Shown: piece after piece, positions 38,901 through 51,404 of the stretch
Layout of the letters: every line of letters begins with the position of its first letter
Numbering within the stretch: position 1 is the stretch's first letter
NCBI GenBank assembly: GCA_013265495.1
Contig: MU058034.1
Coordinates: 1-64,000, forward strand
DNA: 64,000 bases
Direction: 5' to 3'
DNA from: Vicugna vicugna
Lineage: Eukaryota
Notes under the pieces: model-generated
The model's input: only the letters and a program-made list of their open reading frames with translations
Database searches by the model: none
Told to the model about the DNA's origin: nothing
Translations under genes and position numbers: made by a program

Positions 38901-41816
38901 AATTTTGTAGAAACATTACAGTCCACCAAAACTGAATCAAGAAGAAATAGATCATTTGAACAGACCAAACACTAGAAGTGCAATAGTATCAGCAATAAAA
39001 AACCTCCCTGCAAAAAGTACAGGACCAGATGGCTTCACTGGGTAATTCTACCAAACGTATAAGGAAGAGCTCAAACTTAACGTTCTGAAACTCTTCCACA
39101 GGACTGAAGAGGAGGGAATACTCCCAAACTGAACCTACAAAGCCATCATCACTCTTGATACCAAAACCAGACAAAGATATTACTCCATAAAAGAAAATTA
39201 CAGACAAATATTGTTGAACATAGATGCAAAAAAGCTCAACAGAATATTAGCAAACAGAATCCAACAACACATAAAAGAGATTACACAGCATGTTCAACTT
39301 TGGGTTCATACCAGGAACACAAGGATGTTTCAACATATGCAGATCAATCAGCTTGATAAACCACATCAAGAAACAAAGGACAAAAACCACATGATCGTCT
39401 CAATATATGCAGAACAAGCATTTGATAAAATTATCACATTTATGATGAAAAGGTCTTACCAAAGTGGGTATAGAGGGAACATATCTCAACATAATAAAAG
39501 CTATTTATGACAAATCCACAGCCAGCATAACACTCAATGGTGAAAGGCTGAAATCCTTCCTGCTAAAATCTGGAACAAGACAAGGATGCCCACTCTTACC
39601 ACTTCTATTCAGTATAGTATTGGACATCTTAGCCATAGCAATTTGACAAAGAAAATGGATCCAAATTGGAAGAGAGGAGGTAAAATTGTCACTATATGTG
39701 GATGACATGACATTATATATAGAAAACCCTAGAGACTCCACACACAAACTACTACAGCTGATAAAAGGATTTGGCAAGGTAGCAGGATATAAGATTAACA
39801 TACAGAAATCAGTTGCATTTCTTTATATTCACAATGAAATATCAGAAAAAGAGAATAAAGAAACAAACTCTTTTAAAATTGCACCCAAAACAATAAAATA
39901 CTTAGGAATAAATCTGACCAACGAAGTGAAAGACTTATACATGGAGAACTATAAAACATTGATTAAGGAAATTAAAGATGACTTAAATAAATGGAAAGAT
40001 ATCCCATGCTCTTGGATTGGAAGAATCAGTATTGCTAAAATGGCCATACTGCCCAAGGCAGTATACAGATTTAATGCAATCCCTATCAAATTACCCAGGA
40101 CACTTTTCACAGAACTAGAACAAATAATCCTAAAATTTATATGTAATCACAAAAGACTCAGAATCTCCAAAGCAATATTGAAGAAAATGAATCTGGAGGA
40201 ATAACCCTCCGAGACCTCAGACATTACTACACAGCTACAGTAGTCAGAACAGCATGATACTGGCACAAAACAGTCATATGGATCAATGGGACAGAATAGA
40301 GAGCCCAGAAATAAACCCACAGACCTACAGTCAATTACTCTCCAACAAAGGAGAGAATATACAATGGAGAAAAGACAGTTTCTTCAGCAAGTGGTGTTAA
40401 GAAAGCTGGACAGCTGCATGTAAATCAATGAAGTTAGAAAAATCCCTCACACCACACACAAAAATAAACTTGAAATGCCTTAAAGACTTAAACATTAAAC
40501 AAGGCACTATAAACTTCCTAGAAGAAAACATAGGAAAAACATTTTCTGACACAAATATTAGCAATGTTCTCCTAGGGCAGCAGTCTACCCAGAAAATGGA
40601 AATAAAAGCAAAAACAAACAAATGGGACCTAATTAAACTTAGAAGGTTTTGCACAGCAAAGGAAACCATAAGGAAAACAAAAAGACAACCTATGGAATGG
40701 GAAAAAATATTTGCAAATGATGCAACTGACAAAGGCTTAATTTCCAACATATATAAATAGCTCATACAATTTAATAACAAAAAAAACAAAAAACCCAATC
40801 CAAAAATGGACAGAAGACATACAAATGGCCAACAGTCACATGAAAAAATGCTCAATACCACTAATAATCAGAGAAATGCAAATCAAAACTACCATGAGGT
40901 ATCACCTCACACCAGGCAGAACGACCATCATTCATAAGTCCACAAATGATAAATGCTGCAGAGGGTGTGGAGAAAAGGGAGCCCTCCTACACTGCTGGTG
41001 GGAATGTAGTTTGGTGCAGCCATTATGCAAAACAGTATGAAGATTCCTCAAAAAACTAAAAACAAATTTACCATATGATCCAGCAATCCCATTCCTGGGC
41101 ATATATCCAGAGAGGAACTCTAATTCGAAGAGATACATGCACCACAATGTTCATAGCAGCACTGTATGCAACAGCCAAGACATGGAAGCAACCTCAATGT
41201 CCACTGACAGATGACTGGATAAAGGAGTTGTGTTATATTTATATAATGGAATACAACTCAGTGATAAAAACTAATAAATTAAATGCCATTTTTAGCAACA
41301 TGGATGGACTTGGAGATGATCATTCTAAGTGAAGTAAGCCATAAAGGCAAAGAAAAATACCATATGATATATGACTCATATGTAGAATCTTAAAAAAAGA
41401 GGACACTAATGAACTCATATACAAAACAGAAACAGACTTGTAGACATAGTAAACAATCTTATGGTTAAGACTCATATGTAGAATCTTAAAAAAAGAAAAA
41501 GAAAAAAAGAGGAAACTAATGAACTCATATACAAAACAGAAACAGACTTGTAGACATAGTAAACAATCTTATGGTTACTGGGAGAAAGGGTGGGAAGGCA
41601 TAAATTTGGGAATTTTAGATTTGCAAATGTTAACCACTATGTATACAAATATATAAACTAATTTCTTCTATATAGCCCAGGGAACTATATTCAATATTTT
41701 GTAATAACCTTTAATGAAAAAAGAATATGAAAATCAATATATGTATGTATATGCATGACTGAGACATTATGCTCTACAACAGAAATTGACCCATTGTAAC
41801 TATTTCAATAAAAAAA
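35983..41816 (+). mobile_element. Near full-length L1 ('family B'), inactive: partial 5' UTR, ORF1 about 36471-37350 (start codon now ACG), spacer, ORF2 about 37723-41390, 3' UTR and A tail
   Basis: ORF1 fragment NIRDLWDNTKSANLHIIGVQEGEEREKGIERIFEEIMTENFPKL; ORF2 fragments [13 protein letters not shown] and [14 protein letters not shown]; multiple stops and frameshifts. 5' boundary approximate. Confidence 0.95.
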
Positions 41817-42700
41817 TGAGATTTCATCTCATATGCATCAGAATGTCTGTCATCAAAAAGAACACAAATAAATAAATACTGGCAAAGATGTAGAGAAAAG
41901 GGAAATCCTATACACTGTTGACGGGAATGTAAATTGGTGCAACCACTGTGGAAAACAGTCTGGAGGTTTCTCAAAAAACTAAAAATAGAAGTACCATATA
42001 TGACCCAGCAATTCCACCCTGGGGTACACATCTGAAAACAACAAAAACACTAATTCAAAAAGATACATACAAAAAGATACATCCCAATGTTCACAGTAGC
42101 AATATTTACAATTGCCAAGATATGGAAACAACCTAAAGGCCAGTTAACAGAAGTAGACAGATAGATAATTATATAGATAATAATAATAATATACAGTATC
42201 TGTCTAGACACATAGACACACACACACATATGCACACACACACAATGGAATACTACCCATAGATAGTTATTGTATATTATTATTATCTATATAATATCTA
42301 TCTGTCTAGACACACAGACACACACACACACACACACAATAGAATACTACCCAACCATAAAAAAGAATGAAAATTTTACCATTTGCAACAACATAGTTGA
42401 ACCTGGAGGGCATTATGATATGTGAAACAAGAGAGAATGACAAATATTGTATGATATCCCTTAAATGTGCAATTAAACAACAGCAACAAACTAGTGAATG
42501 TAACAGAAAAGATGCTGACTCATAGTTATAGAGAGCAAACTGGTAGTTACTAGTGAGGGGAGGGGTAACTTAGGGGTTGGGGGCTGGGAGGTACAAACTA
42601 CTGGCTTATGACGGGCTCAAAGATGAACTGTACAAGAGGAATGTAGCCAATATTTTGTAGTAACTGTAAATGGAAAGTAACCTTTGAAAATTTATTATGT
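41817..42700 (+). mobile_element. Older L1 3' fragment (ORF2 C-terminus and a distinct 3' UTR) abutting the previous L1's tail
   Basis: tgagatttcatctcat...gggaatgtaaattggtgcaaccactgtggaaaacag...gccaatattttgtagtaactgtaaatggaaagtaacc. Confidence 0.85.
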
Positions 42701-43529
42701 TTTAAAGTGTTTCTTGTAAACATAAAAAGAGAAAGTATAACATTAAAGCATATTTACTTTTCTCCAAATTACCAAGAACATTTTCTTTATTTCTATATGA
42801 CATATGCTATACTGTTTTTATGAAAGTTTACATTGATCTATATTAAAAGCACTTGAAATCAAAAATAAAATAAAGATATGTACTACAAAAAAAATCAAAC
42901 TTTGGCAACTTTATATACTAACTGCAAATATTCAAACTTTTGCTTGAAATTCAAATCTAAATAGTTTTTTTAAGGAAATATTTTTAAGATTCCAGCTTGT
43001 GTTAAAATGACAGTATTTATACTAAACACCAAGAAGGATAGGGAAAAGGATTTAGCCATAAATTCAGTGTTAACATTTCAGGGGCAAAAGGTTTAGGAAA
43101 ATAATAATTCTATGTTTTAGAAATGCAATGATTGCTTAAGATTATTTAAAGGGAGTTGGAATTTTATATAAACCAAACTTTAGATAACAGGAACTAAACT
43201 CCTATGTTGCAACTATTTTTAAAACAGAAAACAGTATTTTGATTTTTAAAAGAAGGAAAAAAATATATGAGTAAGTGGTATGAAACAGTTATGCTCAGAG
43301 TTCATTTAGAAGCATTACTGAGTTCTAACTACGTGCCCTGCATGGGGTTTCATATATTCCAGGTGGGATCATGTTGACATTTAAAAGGTTTGCAGTAGAA
43401 CAAACTATTTTCTCATAGTTACAGTTCATCCTATACAATCTTGGTTGTTCTTGGCTTTGCTGGCCTAGGAACTGGATTTGTCAACATAAATATATCTTAG
43501 TAGACACTTTGGCATTGACATCTATCTTT

Positions 43530-43655
43530 CCATCAATTTATCCATCTATCATTTTATTCATTCAAGATGTATTTATTGAGCATGGCTTAAAAGTCTTCTA
43601 GATACAAGGACATAAAGGTGAATAAACATAGTCCTTTTGCTCAGGGAAATTATGA
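43530..43655 (-). mobile_element. L2 3' end
   Basis: ttcattcaagatgtatttattgagca...gatacaaggacataaaggtgaataa. Confidence 0.6.
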
Positions 43656-44644
43656 ATCCATTCCCCATTGTGCAGAGTATCTTCTCTGCCATCTAGAGCT
43701 CTAAGAAGAGAAAGTGGTAATCAAAAGCCTGTGATTGGGGCACAAAGGAGAGAGAACCGCTGAGTTGCAAGAAATATTCAATCCAGACTACAATGAGGTT
43801 TGATTAACCTTCTTTTCTCCAGAATCCATAATACACCTCCATGTCCCACACTTCTCTCCCCACTATGATGAAGGACCCACACCGGCACATTTTAGTTTTT
43901 GAATACTTTCATTCTTTTTGCTTCTCTTTTACTTGATTCAGTGTTCACTTACATATGACAAAAGCTATGACTAATACATACTTACACTATTGACATGTTT
44001 AAAAGAAATAAAATATAATTATGGTACCCAGAAAATTTAGAAACTAGATGAAAATAACATAGCTGAAACAATCAGATGACAATTTGGCTGATAAATTTCT
44101 GGGTAATTATTGAAAAAAAGGCATTAGAACTGTAACAAAACAGTGAGTTTGGAAATAATTGGAGTCATCTTTATGGAAAATATGAAATTCACTCTCAATG
44201 TAGGGAGAGAAGAGCTTAGGAGAAGAAAGAGGATATCACTGGGAGAACAAGGAAGTATGACTGAGTCATAGGAGTTGGCATAGTACGTAAGATTATCAAA
44301 AATATCCTGTGTATGTCTGTGTGTGCATTTAAAATTAATGGTGAAAACAGTCAATCAACTCAGTATTGGCACATACTAAGAATATGAATACTATTATTTT
44401 ACTGTACTTGTTACTTTGATCTCCTTTAGGAGAATTATATTATTTTAAATTATAATTTTATATAGAAGAATTTGAAGTTGTTCTGATGGTTACCAGCTAT
44501 GTTATTTCTTTAGAATTAGAATGAGAAATGTTGGTAACAGGAATTTACCTAATAGGTTTATAATACATTCTCATTTACAGCTACTTTTCTAGTTTTCCAG
44601 GATATTTCAAAATATGTTACTTATTTGCATTTCTTTGAAAAAAA

Positions 44645-44780
44645 CTTTTTTGGGAGGCAGAGTGAGCATTAATTCTGTCTTACAGACAAGTAAATTGAGA
44701 CACAAAGGGTTTTTTCACTTCTTCCCAATTCAAAGTCAGTAATTAGCTCTGGCCAGAATCCAGGTTTTCCATGTTCAATG
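44645..44780 (-). mobile_element. MIR fragment
   Basis: ttacagacaagtaaattgagacacaaaggg...agaatccaggtt. Confidence 0.55.
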
Positions 44781-45609
44781 TTTGGCAGGATGTATCAGAG
44801 TAGAGAAATTATCTTAGTGAATTTATGTTGTTCTTAAACTAGTATTTAATAATATTTATATGCCAACAAAACACATCTATGGTTTAAGGAAAGCCCTATT
44901 AAGGGAAAGATAGATAATAATAAGGAAAGATTTCCTTTTACTTATATTTAACGGTTCAAATTTGACTTGAATTCTTAGGTGATTTTGAGAAAATGTAGTC
45001 ATTTGTGTATCGATTATAAATGTAAAAAAACAAAAAAGGCCTTGCATTAAGCCATAATAATAAACTCATATGTACATATTAAATTTTTAGTCAGCTTGCT
45101 TTGCTTGAGTCATGTTTTCTGCTTGTTTGTGTGTGTGTTGGGGGGTGCATTTCTTTCTAAGCCTAATTTTTCTTAATCATCTTGGTCATGTAGTCATTCT
45201 GAATGGACCATTAAGACCTTTAGATAACACACAATCAATGATTCCATTATTTTATACTGGAGAAACAAGTATTAAGCATGTAGGTATATTTCAGAAAGTC
45301 TTTGGTTGTAAGAATTTACCACTAAATGACTAAGATCCTCTACAGTAAGTCATTTCAAGCATAAACATTTAGTCAACTGCAATGTTCCCTCCTTTTCAGT
45401 GGTTTGGTTTCACGCGTGTTCACAGAGGCACACATAGTAGCATATCCAGCAGTTTATTTCTACCTCTTTTCTATATTTATCTTTTATTTTTGTTCTTGAT
45501 AAAAATTAGGTATTAGTTTTATATAATATTGTACGGATGAAAAAAATAAAGTTGTAACATCTGCCTTTATTAATTTAGTATTAATGCCAATAATAAAAGT
45601 TATGTTTTT

Positions 45610-45810
45610 GGAGGGCATTTAATAGTAGCCAGGAATCCTGCTCTGCATTTTTAAGTTATCATATATAATGTTTATAGTTCTCTAATTTAAGGAGAGAGAT
45701 GTTCAACTTATAAATTAAGAAACTGGGATGTAAAGCGAACAGGTGACTTGTGAAAGTCCACACAGCTAGAAGGTGGCAGATTCAGTCTGAGTTCACCTGC
45801 TCTACTTCAG
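45610..45810 (-). mobile_element. MIR SINE
   Basis: aagaaactgggatgtaaagcgaacaggtgacttgtgaaagtccacacagctagaaggtggcaga. Confidence 0.7.
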
Positions 45811-46423
45811 GCAACAATGAGCACAGTAACCGTGAACAAATGTAAGTTTAAGGAATAAAATATTAAGAGAAAGACAAATAACAGAGAAAATAATTTTAGA
45901 TACAAGATTTAAGCATAAGCTATATAATGAATGTAGGAAAAAGTGAAACTTCTCTAATCAATTTATACAGGAATTCTGAAATAAGATGCACACAGGACTT
46001 ACTGCAGAATTTAAAACTTGATGTGGAATAGAAAACTTGAGTATTACACTGGGATTCAAGAGTTCTGACTCAGTAGTTGAATATTCACCTTGGGAAATCT
46101 TCAGTACCCATTACCTCCAGGACCTCAGGTCCTTCATTGTAATGATTAGTGGGACTGAGTAACATATGAGATCTCTCCAGTTTTCCTACTTTGGAATTAC
46201 CCAGATTTGGGTGTGGTGGCACAGTGGGCCCTCAAGCAAATGACAACGTGGCTAGAACTTCTAAATGTCATATTACCTGGTTTGAGTGGAAGTTTTAGTA
46301 CTAGGAATAGTAGTAGTAGTAGCAGAATTTTACAATCCTTTGCTCTCACTTTCAATGGACTTGCAAACTAGCATGAGTTAAGCTAATAATCTAATTTATG
46401 TTGTCATGTAAGATGTCAGCATA

Positions 46424-46714
46424 TTTTTTTTGTTAAAGTTTATTCTAGGAAGAGCATTTTATCATTGAGAGAAAACCATTTAAAAGTTTACATACATGTA
46501 CTGTTCATTGTTTCTAAGAACTGTTTAGAGCTTTAGCTTTTAAACTTACATAGTTATCAAAGGAATAAAGCCAACTACAAAATAATCAACAGAATGCGGT
46601 AATCCAATCATAAAGGACAGTCAGATATACTTACACATATTCAAGAAATCAGTCATCTAAGTTAGAAATAAGTCGTTTATTTGTGTCCCTTTTTTTAAGA
46701 TTCCACATATAAGT
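46424..46714 (-). mobile_element. Short retroposed unit: about 47 bp of L1 ORF2-end/3' UTR, then about 235 bp of other sequence, AATAAA and poly(A)
   Basis: Minus strand reads cacttatatgtggaatcttaaaaaaagggacacaaataaacgacttat ... ctagAATAAActttaacAAAAAAAA. Degenerate TSD gatgtcagcatattt / gatgccaacacttt. Confidence 0.8.
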
Positions 46715-46884
46715 GATGCCAACACTTTAAAAATCTTTTTAATCACTGATAATGGCTTAATGCCCTACACATCTATTTATAAGTTAAAATACTAGTTCTG
46801 TCTTGTTTCACATGAAAATCGAGAGTTTTAGCCAGTGAGGGAAGTCTCAGAAGGGGATATTCTGGTCATGCCATCTTTTATGCA

Positions 46885-47000
46885 ACTTTTATAGTGGAAC
46901 TTTTTCCATTATACATGAAAATAGAAAGAATAATATAATGAACCTCCAAGTAATCACCACCAATTTCTAAATGATTACCAACATCTTATGGTAATCCTTC
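46885..47000 (-). mobile_element. Ancient L1ME-type 3' terminal fragment
   Basis: aaaatagaaagaataatataatgaacctccaagtaatcaccacc. Confidence 0.5.
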
Positions 47001-47082
47001 ATCAAGGATACAAAAGTGAGTAAATATGAAGGGCTGGAAAAGGGAAAGGAGTAAATCTAACTGAAGCAGAAAGAAGTAGCAG

Positions 47083-49655
47083 CCTCAACAAAATATTAGC
47101 AAACAGAATCCAACAGCACATAAAAAAGATCATACATCACGATCAAGTTGAATTCATCCCAGGGACACAAGGGTGGTTCAATACATGCAAATCAATCAAT
47201 GTGACACATCACATCAACAAAAGAAAGGACAAACATCACATGATCATCTCAATAGATGCAGAAAAAGCAGTTGATAAAATTCAACACCCACTTACGATAA
47301 AAACTCTTATCAAAGTGATTGTAGAGGGAATGTATCTGAACATAATGAAAGCTATTTATGACAAACCCACAGACAGCATAATACTCAACAGTGAAAAGTT
47401 GAAAGTCTTCCTGCTAAAATCTGGAACAAGACAAGGATGCCCACTTCTGTTCAACATAGTTTTTGACGTCCTAGCCACAGCAGTCAGGCAAGGAAAAGAA
47501 AAAGGGATCCAAATTGGAAGAGGTAAAACTGTCACTGTATGTGGATGGCACACTATATAAAGAAAACCCCTAAAAGCACCACACAAAAACTACTAGTGCT
47601 GATAAAAGAATTCATCAAGGTAGCAGGATATAAGATGAACATACAGAAATTAGTTGCGTTTCTTTACACTAACAATAAAATATGAGAAAAAGAGAGTAAA
47701 GAAATAATCTCTTTTAAAATTGCATCCAAAACAAGAAAATACTTAGGAATATATCTGACCAAGGAAGTGAAAGACTTACACGTGGAGAACTGCAAAACAC
47801 TAATGAAATGAAAGTTGACTTAAAGAAATGGAAAGATATCCTATGCTCTTGTATTGGAAGAATCAATATTGTTAAAATGGCCATACTACTCAAGGCAGTA
47901 TACAGATTTAATGCAATCCCTATCAAATTACCCAGGATAAGTTGTTTATTTGTGTCCCTTTTTTTAAGATTTTAAGATTTTAAGATTTTTTAAGATTTTA
48001 AGATTTTAAGACACTTTTCACAGAACTAGAATAAATAATCTTAAAATTTCTATGGAATCACAAATGACCCAGAATTCCAAAGCAATATTGAAGAAAAAGA
48101 ATGAAGCTAGAAGAATAATTCTCCCAGCCTTCAGACAACACTACAGAGCTACAGTAATCAGAACAGCATGGTATTGCCACAAAAACAGACATACAGATCA
48201 ATGGAACAGGATAGAGAGCCCAGAAATAAACTTACAGACTTTTGGTCGATTAATCTTCAACAAAGGATGCAAGAATATACAATGGAGGATAGACAGTCTC
48301 TCTGGCAAGTGCTGTTAGGAAAGCTGGACAGCCATATGTAAATCAGTGAAGTTAGAACAAACCCTCACACCATACTCAAAAATAAGCTCAAAATGGCTTA
48401 AAGCCTTAAATATAAGATAAAACACTATAAATCTCCTAGAAGAAAATATAGGCAAAATGTGTTCTGACACAAATCTTAGCAATGTTCTCCTAGGGCAGTC
48501 TCTCCAGGCAATGGAAATAAAAGCAAAAATAAACAAATAGGGCCTAATTAAACTTATAAGCTTTTGCACAGCAAAGGAAACCATAAGGAAAACAAAACAT
48601 ACAGAATGGGAAAAAATATTTGCAAATGATGAGAGTGACAAGGGTTTAATTTCCAGAGTATATAAACAGCTCATGCAACTTAAATAACAACAACAAAACA
48701 ACCTAATCCAAAAGTGGGCAGAAGACCTAAACAAGCAGTTCTCCAGTGAAGACATACAAATGGCCAATAGACACATGAAAAAATTATCAACCAATAGACA
48801 AAAAATTATCAATATCACTAAAAACTACAATGAGGTATCACCACACACCAGTCAGAATGGCCATCATTCAGAAGTCCACAGACTATAAATGCTGGAAAGG
48901 GTGTGGAGACAAGAGAACTTTCCTACAGTGTTGATGGGAATGGAGTTTGGTGCAGCTATTATGGAAAACAGCATGGAGAGTCCTCAAAAAACTAAAAATA
49001 GACTCATATGATCCAGCAATCCCACTCCTGGGCATATATCTGGAGGGAACTCAAATTTGAAAAGATACATGCACCCCAAACTTCTTGCAACACTATATAC
49101 AATAGCCAAGACATGGAAATAACCTAATTGTCCATCAACAGATGTGGATAAAGAAGCTCTGGTCTACTTAACAGTGGACTACTACTCAGTGATAAAAAAA
49201 AAAGAATGAAATAATGCCATTTGCAGCAACATGGATGTACCTGGAGATCGTCATTCTAAGTGAAGTAAGTCAGAAAGAGAAAGAAAAATACCATATGATA
49301 TCACTTATATGTGGAATCTAAAAAGAAAAAAAAGACAGACAAAAAAGGACACTAATGAACTCATCTACAAAACAGAAACAGACTCACAGGCATAGTAAAC
49401 AATTTTATGGTTACTGGCGGAAAGAGGGTGGGAAGGGATAAACTTTGGAGCTTGAGATTTGCAAATGTTAATCACTATACATAAAAATAGATAAATTTTT
49501 TTCTTCTGTATAGCACAGGGAACTCTATTCAATATCTTGTAATAACCTTTAATGAAATGAATATGGGTATGTGTATATATATACACATGACTGGTACATT
49601 ATGCTGTACACTAGAAATTGACACACTGTAACTGACTTTTTTAAATTAAAAAAAT
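47083..49655 (+). mobile_element. 5'-truncated L1 ('family B'): RT to 3' UTR, inactive
   Basis: ORF fragment [28 protein letters not shown]...[13 protein letters not shown]. 3' UTR homologous to the one at about 41400-41815. Confidence 0.95.
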
Positions 49656-50889
49656 ATATAATGTATTCAAGGAAGTAAACCAGAATTATGAGCTAGAATT
49701 CCTGAACTATATTTGAAGAAAGTCAGACCTGGAGAATCAAGGAATTCAGGTTATCAGAACCATCACTGGATATGAAAGGTCATCCTGTGAGAAAGGGGTT
49801 GCATTTTCATGTAGACTGTAGAGTTACTTAAAATAGGAGCCAACAGGGATAGATGTCTGCTCAATGGCAATAAATCATATCTAACAGGTATAGTTTTCCA
49901 ATTTTTGGTTAGCCTGGGGTGAAAAGCAGTGACTTCTTCATCCCTGCTAATATCATAGGGAAGTTGGGTGATCACATGATAAGGATACCTTCACAGGATT
50001 CATGTAATTGGTATGAAATTGTAAAAAATGACCTCTGAGTACAACTTTAGTTCCAAGATTTTATCATTTCTGTCTCCGAGTTAACATAAAGCCATGGTTT
50101 AACCCACTGTGTTGATAGTTCTTTGGTTTAGCAAACCAGTTGGTACACTGGTGTAAAACAGTTCCTAGGGGATGGTTTCAGCTTTCACAGACGTCTCTCT
50201 CCTCCTCATCTCCCCACAAGAAACCCCCAGTAGATGACATAACACTCTTTTACCTTTGACTGGCCATATGGAGTTGCTGAAACATCATCTGAAAGCTGAT
50301 CTCATTTTGCACTTCCAGTTGATAACACCTTGGCACACTCCTTTGTGCTGTCAATACAGGTGCCAGTTTTAATGAGGTTGAACATTTGTTACCAGGGCTG
50401 TGTACCCAAGCCGTTAACCCATCACTGCCACGTGCTTGCAAATAGCATCTGAAAGCAGGCAGCTTTCACCTACCAGGTCTCTGATGGTATTCAATATGTA
50501 AGTGAAAAAAATACACATACTTATTAGTTGTATGTGTCTGTTTCCCTCTCTTCCCAGGAGTGTGAACGTTCACTTGGTTTTCTGCCATTAACAGTCTTGC
50601 TAATCATTTAATTTTTTTCATCTGTCACCCTTTACCCACGACAACTTTTTTTTTACTGCACCAAGATGGTATTCTATTCAGAAGATTAAAAAATATATAA
50701 AATCTCTTAATTAGGCAAATGAAAAAGGCCTTGTATATATAGCATTATGTACTGCATAATATTCTCCAACTGATATTAAATGATTTTGCTGCTCTGTATG
50801 GTTCAGAGGTGCTTCTCTCTGAACCCTACCAACCATCAGGATGGAGAAACATATTCTGTGTGTCACATGGTGTGTCTGACAAGGGCAAT

Positions 50890-51065
50890 TAGGCCTCCAG
50901 AAATCAAAGTTCTATCTCTGAGACAGTGGGCAAGTCACGTGACATCTCTGAGTGGCCCTGGTGTTACCCCTGCGTGAGAGGATAATTCCTCTCATGCCAT
51001 CCTTCTAAAGTCATTGTGGGCATCACAAGGGATAGATATTCTGTAAAAATTTTAAACAACTTAAA
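50890..51065 (+). mobile_element. MIR SINE
   Basis: tgggcaagtcacgtgacatctctgag core. Confidence 0.6.
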
Positions 51066-51184
51066 AATGTTATCTCTATTGTTACTGAAGGAAAACTGAT
51101 TTTCACTTCCCTAGACTGCATGGCCTTGGGCAAGTCAGCCAGAATGACCAGGCATCACTATTGTCAAACCACCTTAGTGAGAAT

Positions 51185-51372
51185 CACAACACCAGTTATT
51201 GACTGGGTGCTGAGCATGTGCCAGGCACTGAGGTAACTAACGTTAAACCGTGTTTCATCTCTGCCACAACCCTCTGGATTGTTTTTCTGATCTCCACTTT
51301 ACTGCTGAAGAAATTAAGCTCGGAGAGTTGTTGCCCAGGCTCACACAGCTAGTACATAGCAGAGCTGGAGGG
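51185..51372 (-). mobile_element. MIR SINE
   Basis: atgtgccaggcactg...gaagaaattaagctcggagag...ttgcccaggctcacacagctagt. Confidence 0.75.
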
Positions 51373-51404
51373 AGATTCTTTAGGATCTTAGATGGGATCT
51401 TAGA

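Noticed and set aside
39686..40204. 172-aa reverse-transcriptase ORF as a functional gene or novel RT system
   Set aside because: A fragment of a decayed L1 ORF2 bounded by stops and frameshifts. No L1 in the window has intact ORF1 and ORF2.
47962..48011. CRISPR-like or iteron-like repeat array
   Set aside because: Contiguous 8-bp units with no spacers, in mammalian DNA inside an L1.
48315..48818. Long hydrophobic minus-strand ORFs (also 40397-40861, 62384-62794, 31683-32057)
   Set aside because: Antisense frames of A-rich L1 ORF2, a well-known source of spurious ORFs.
47069..49685. TSD for the 47083-49655 L1 (aaagaagtagcag vs aaggaagtaaaccag)
   Set aside because: Too divergent and not adjacent to the tail, so it cannot be supported.
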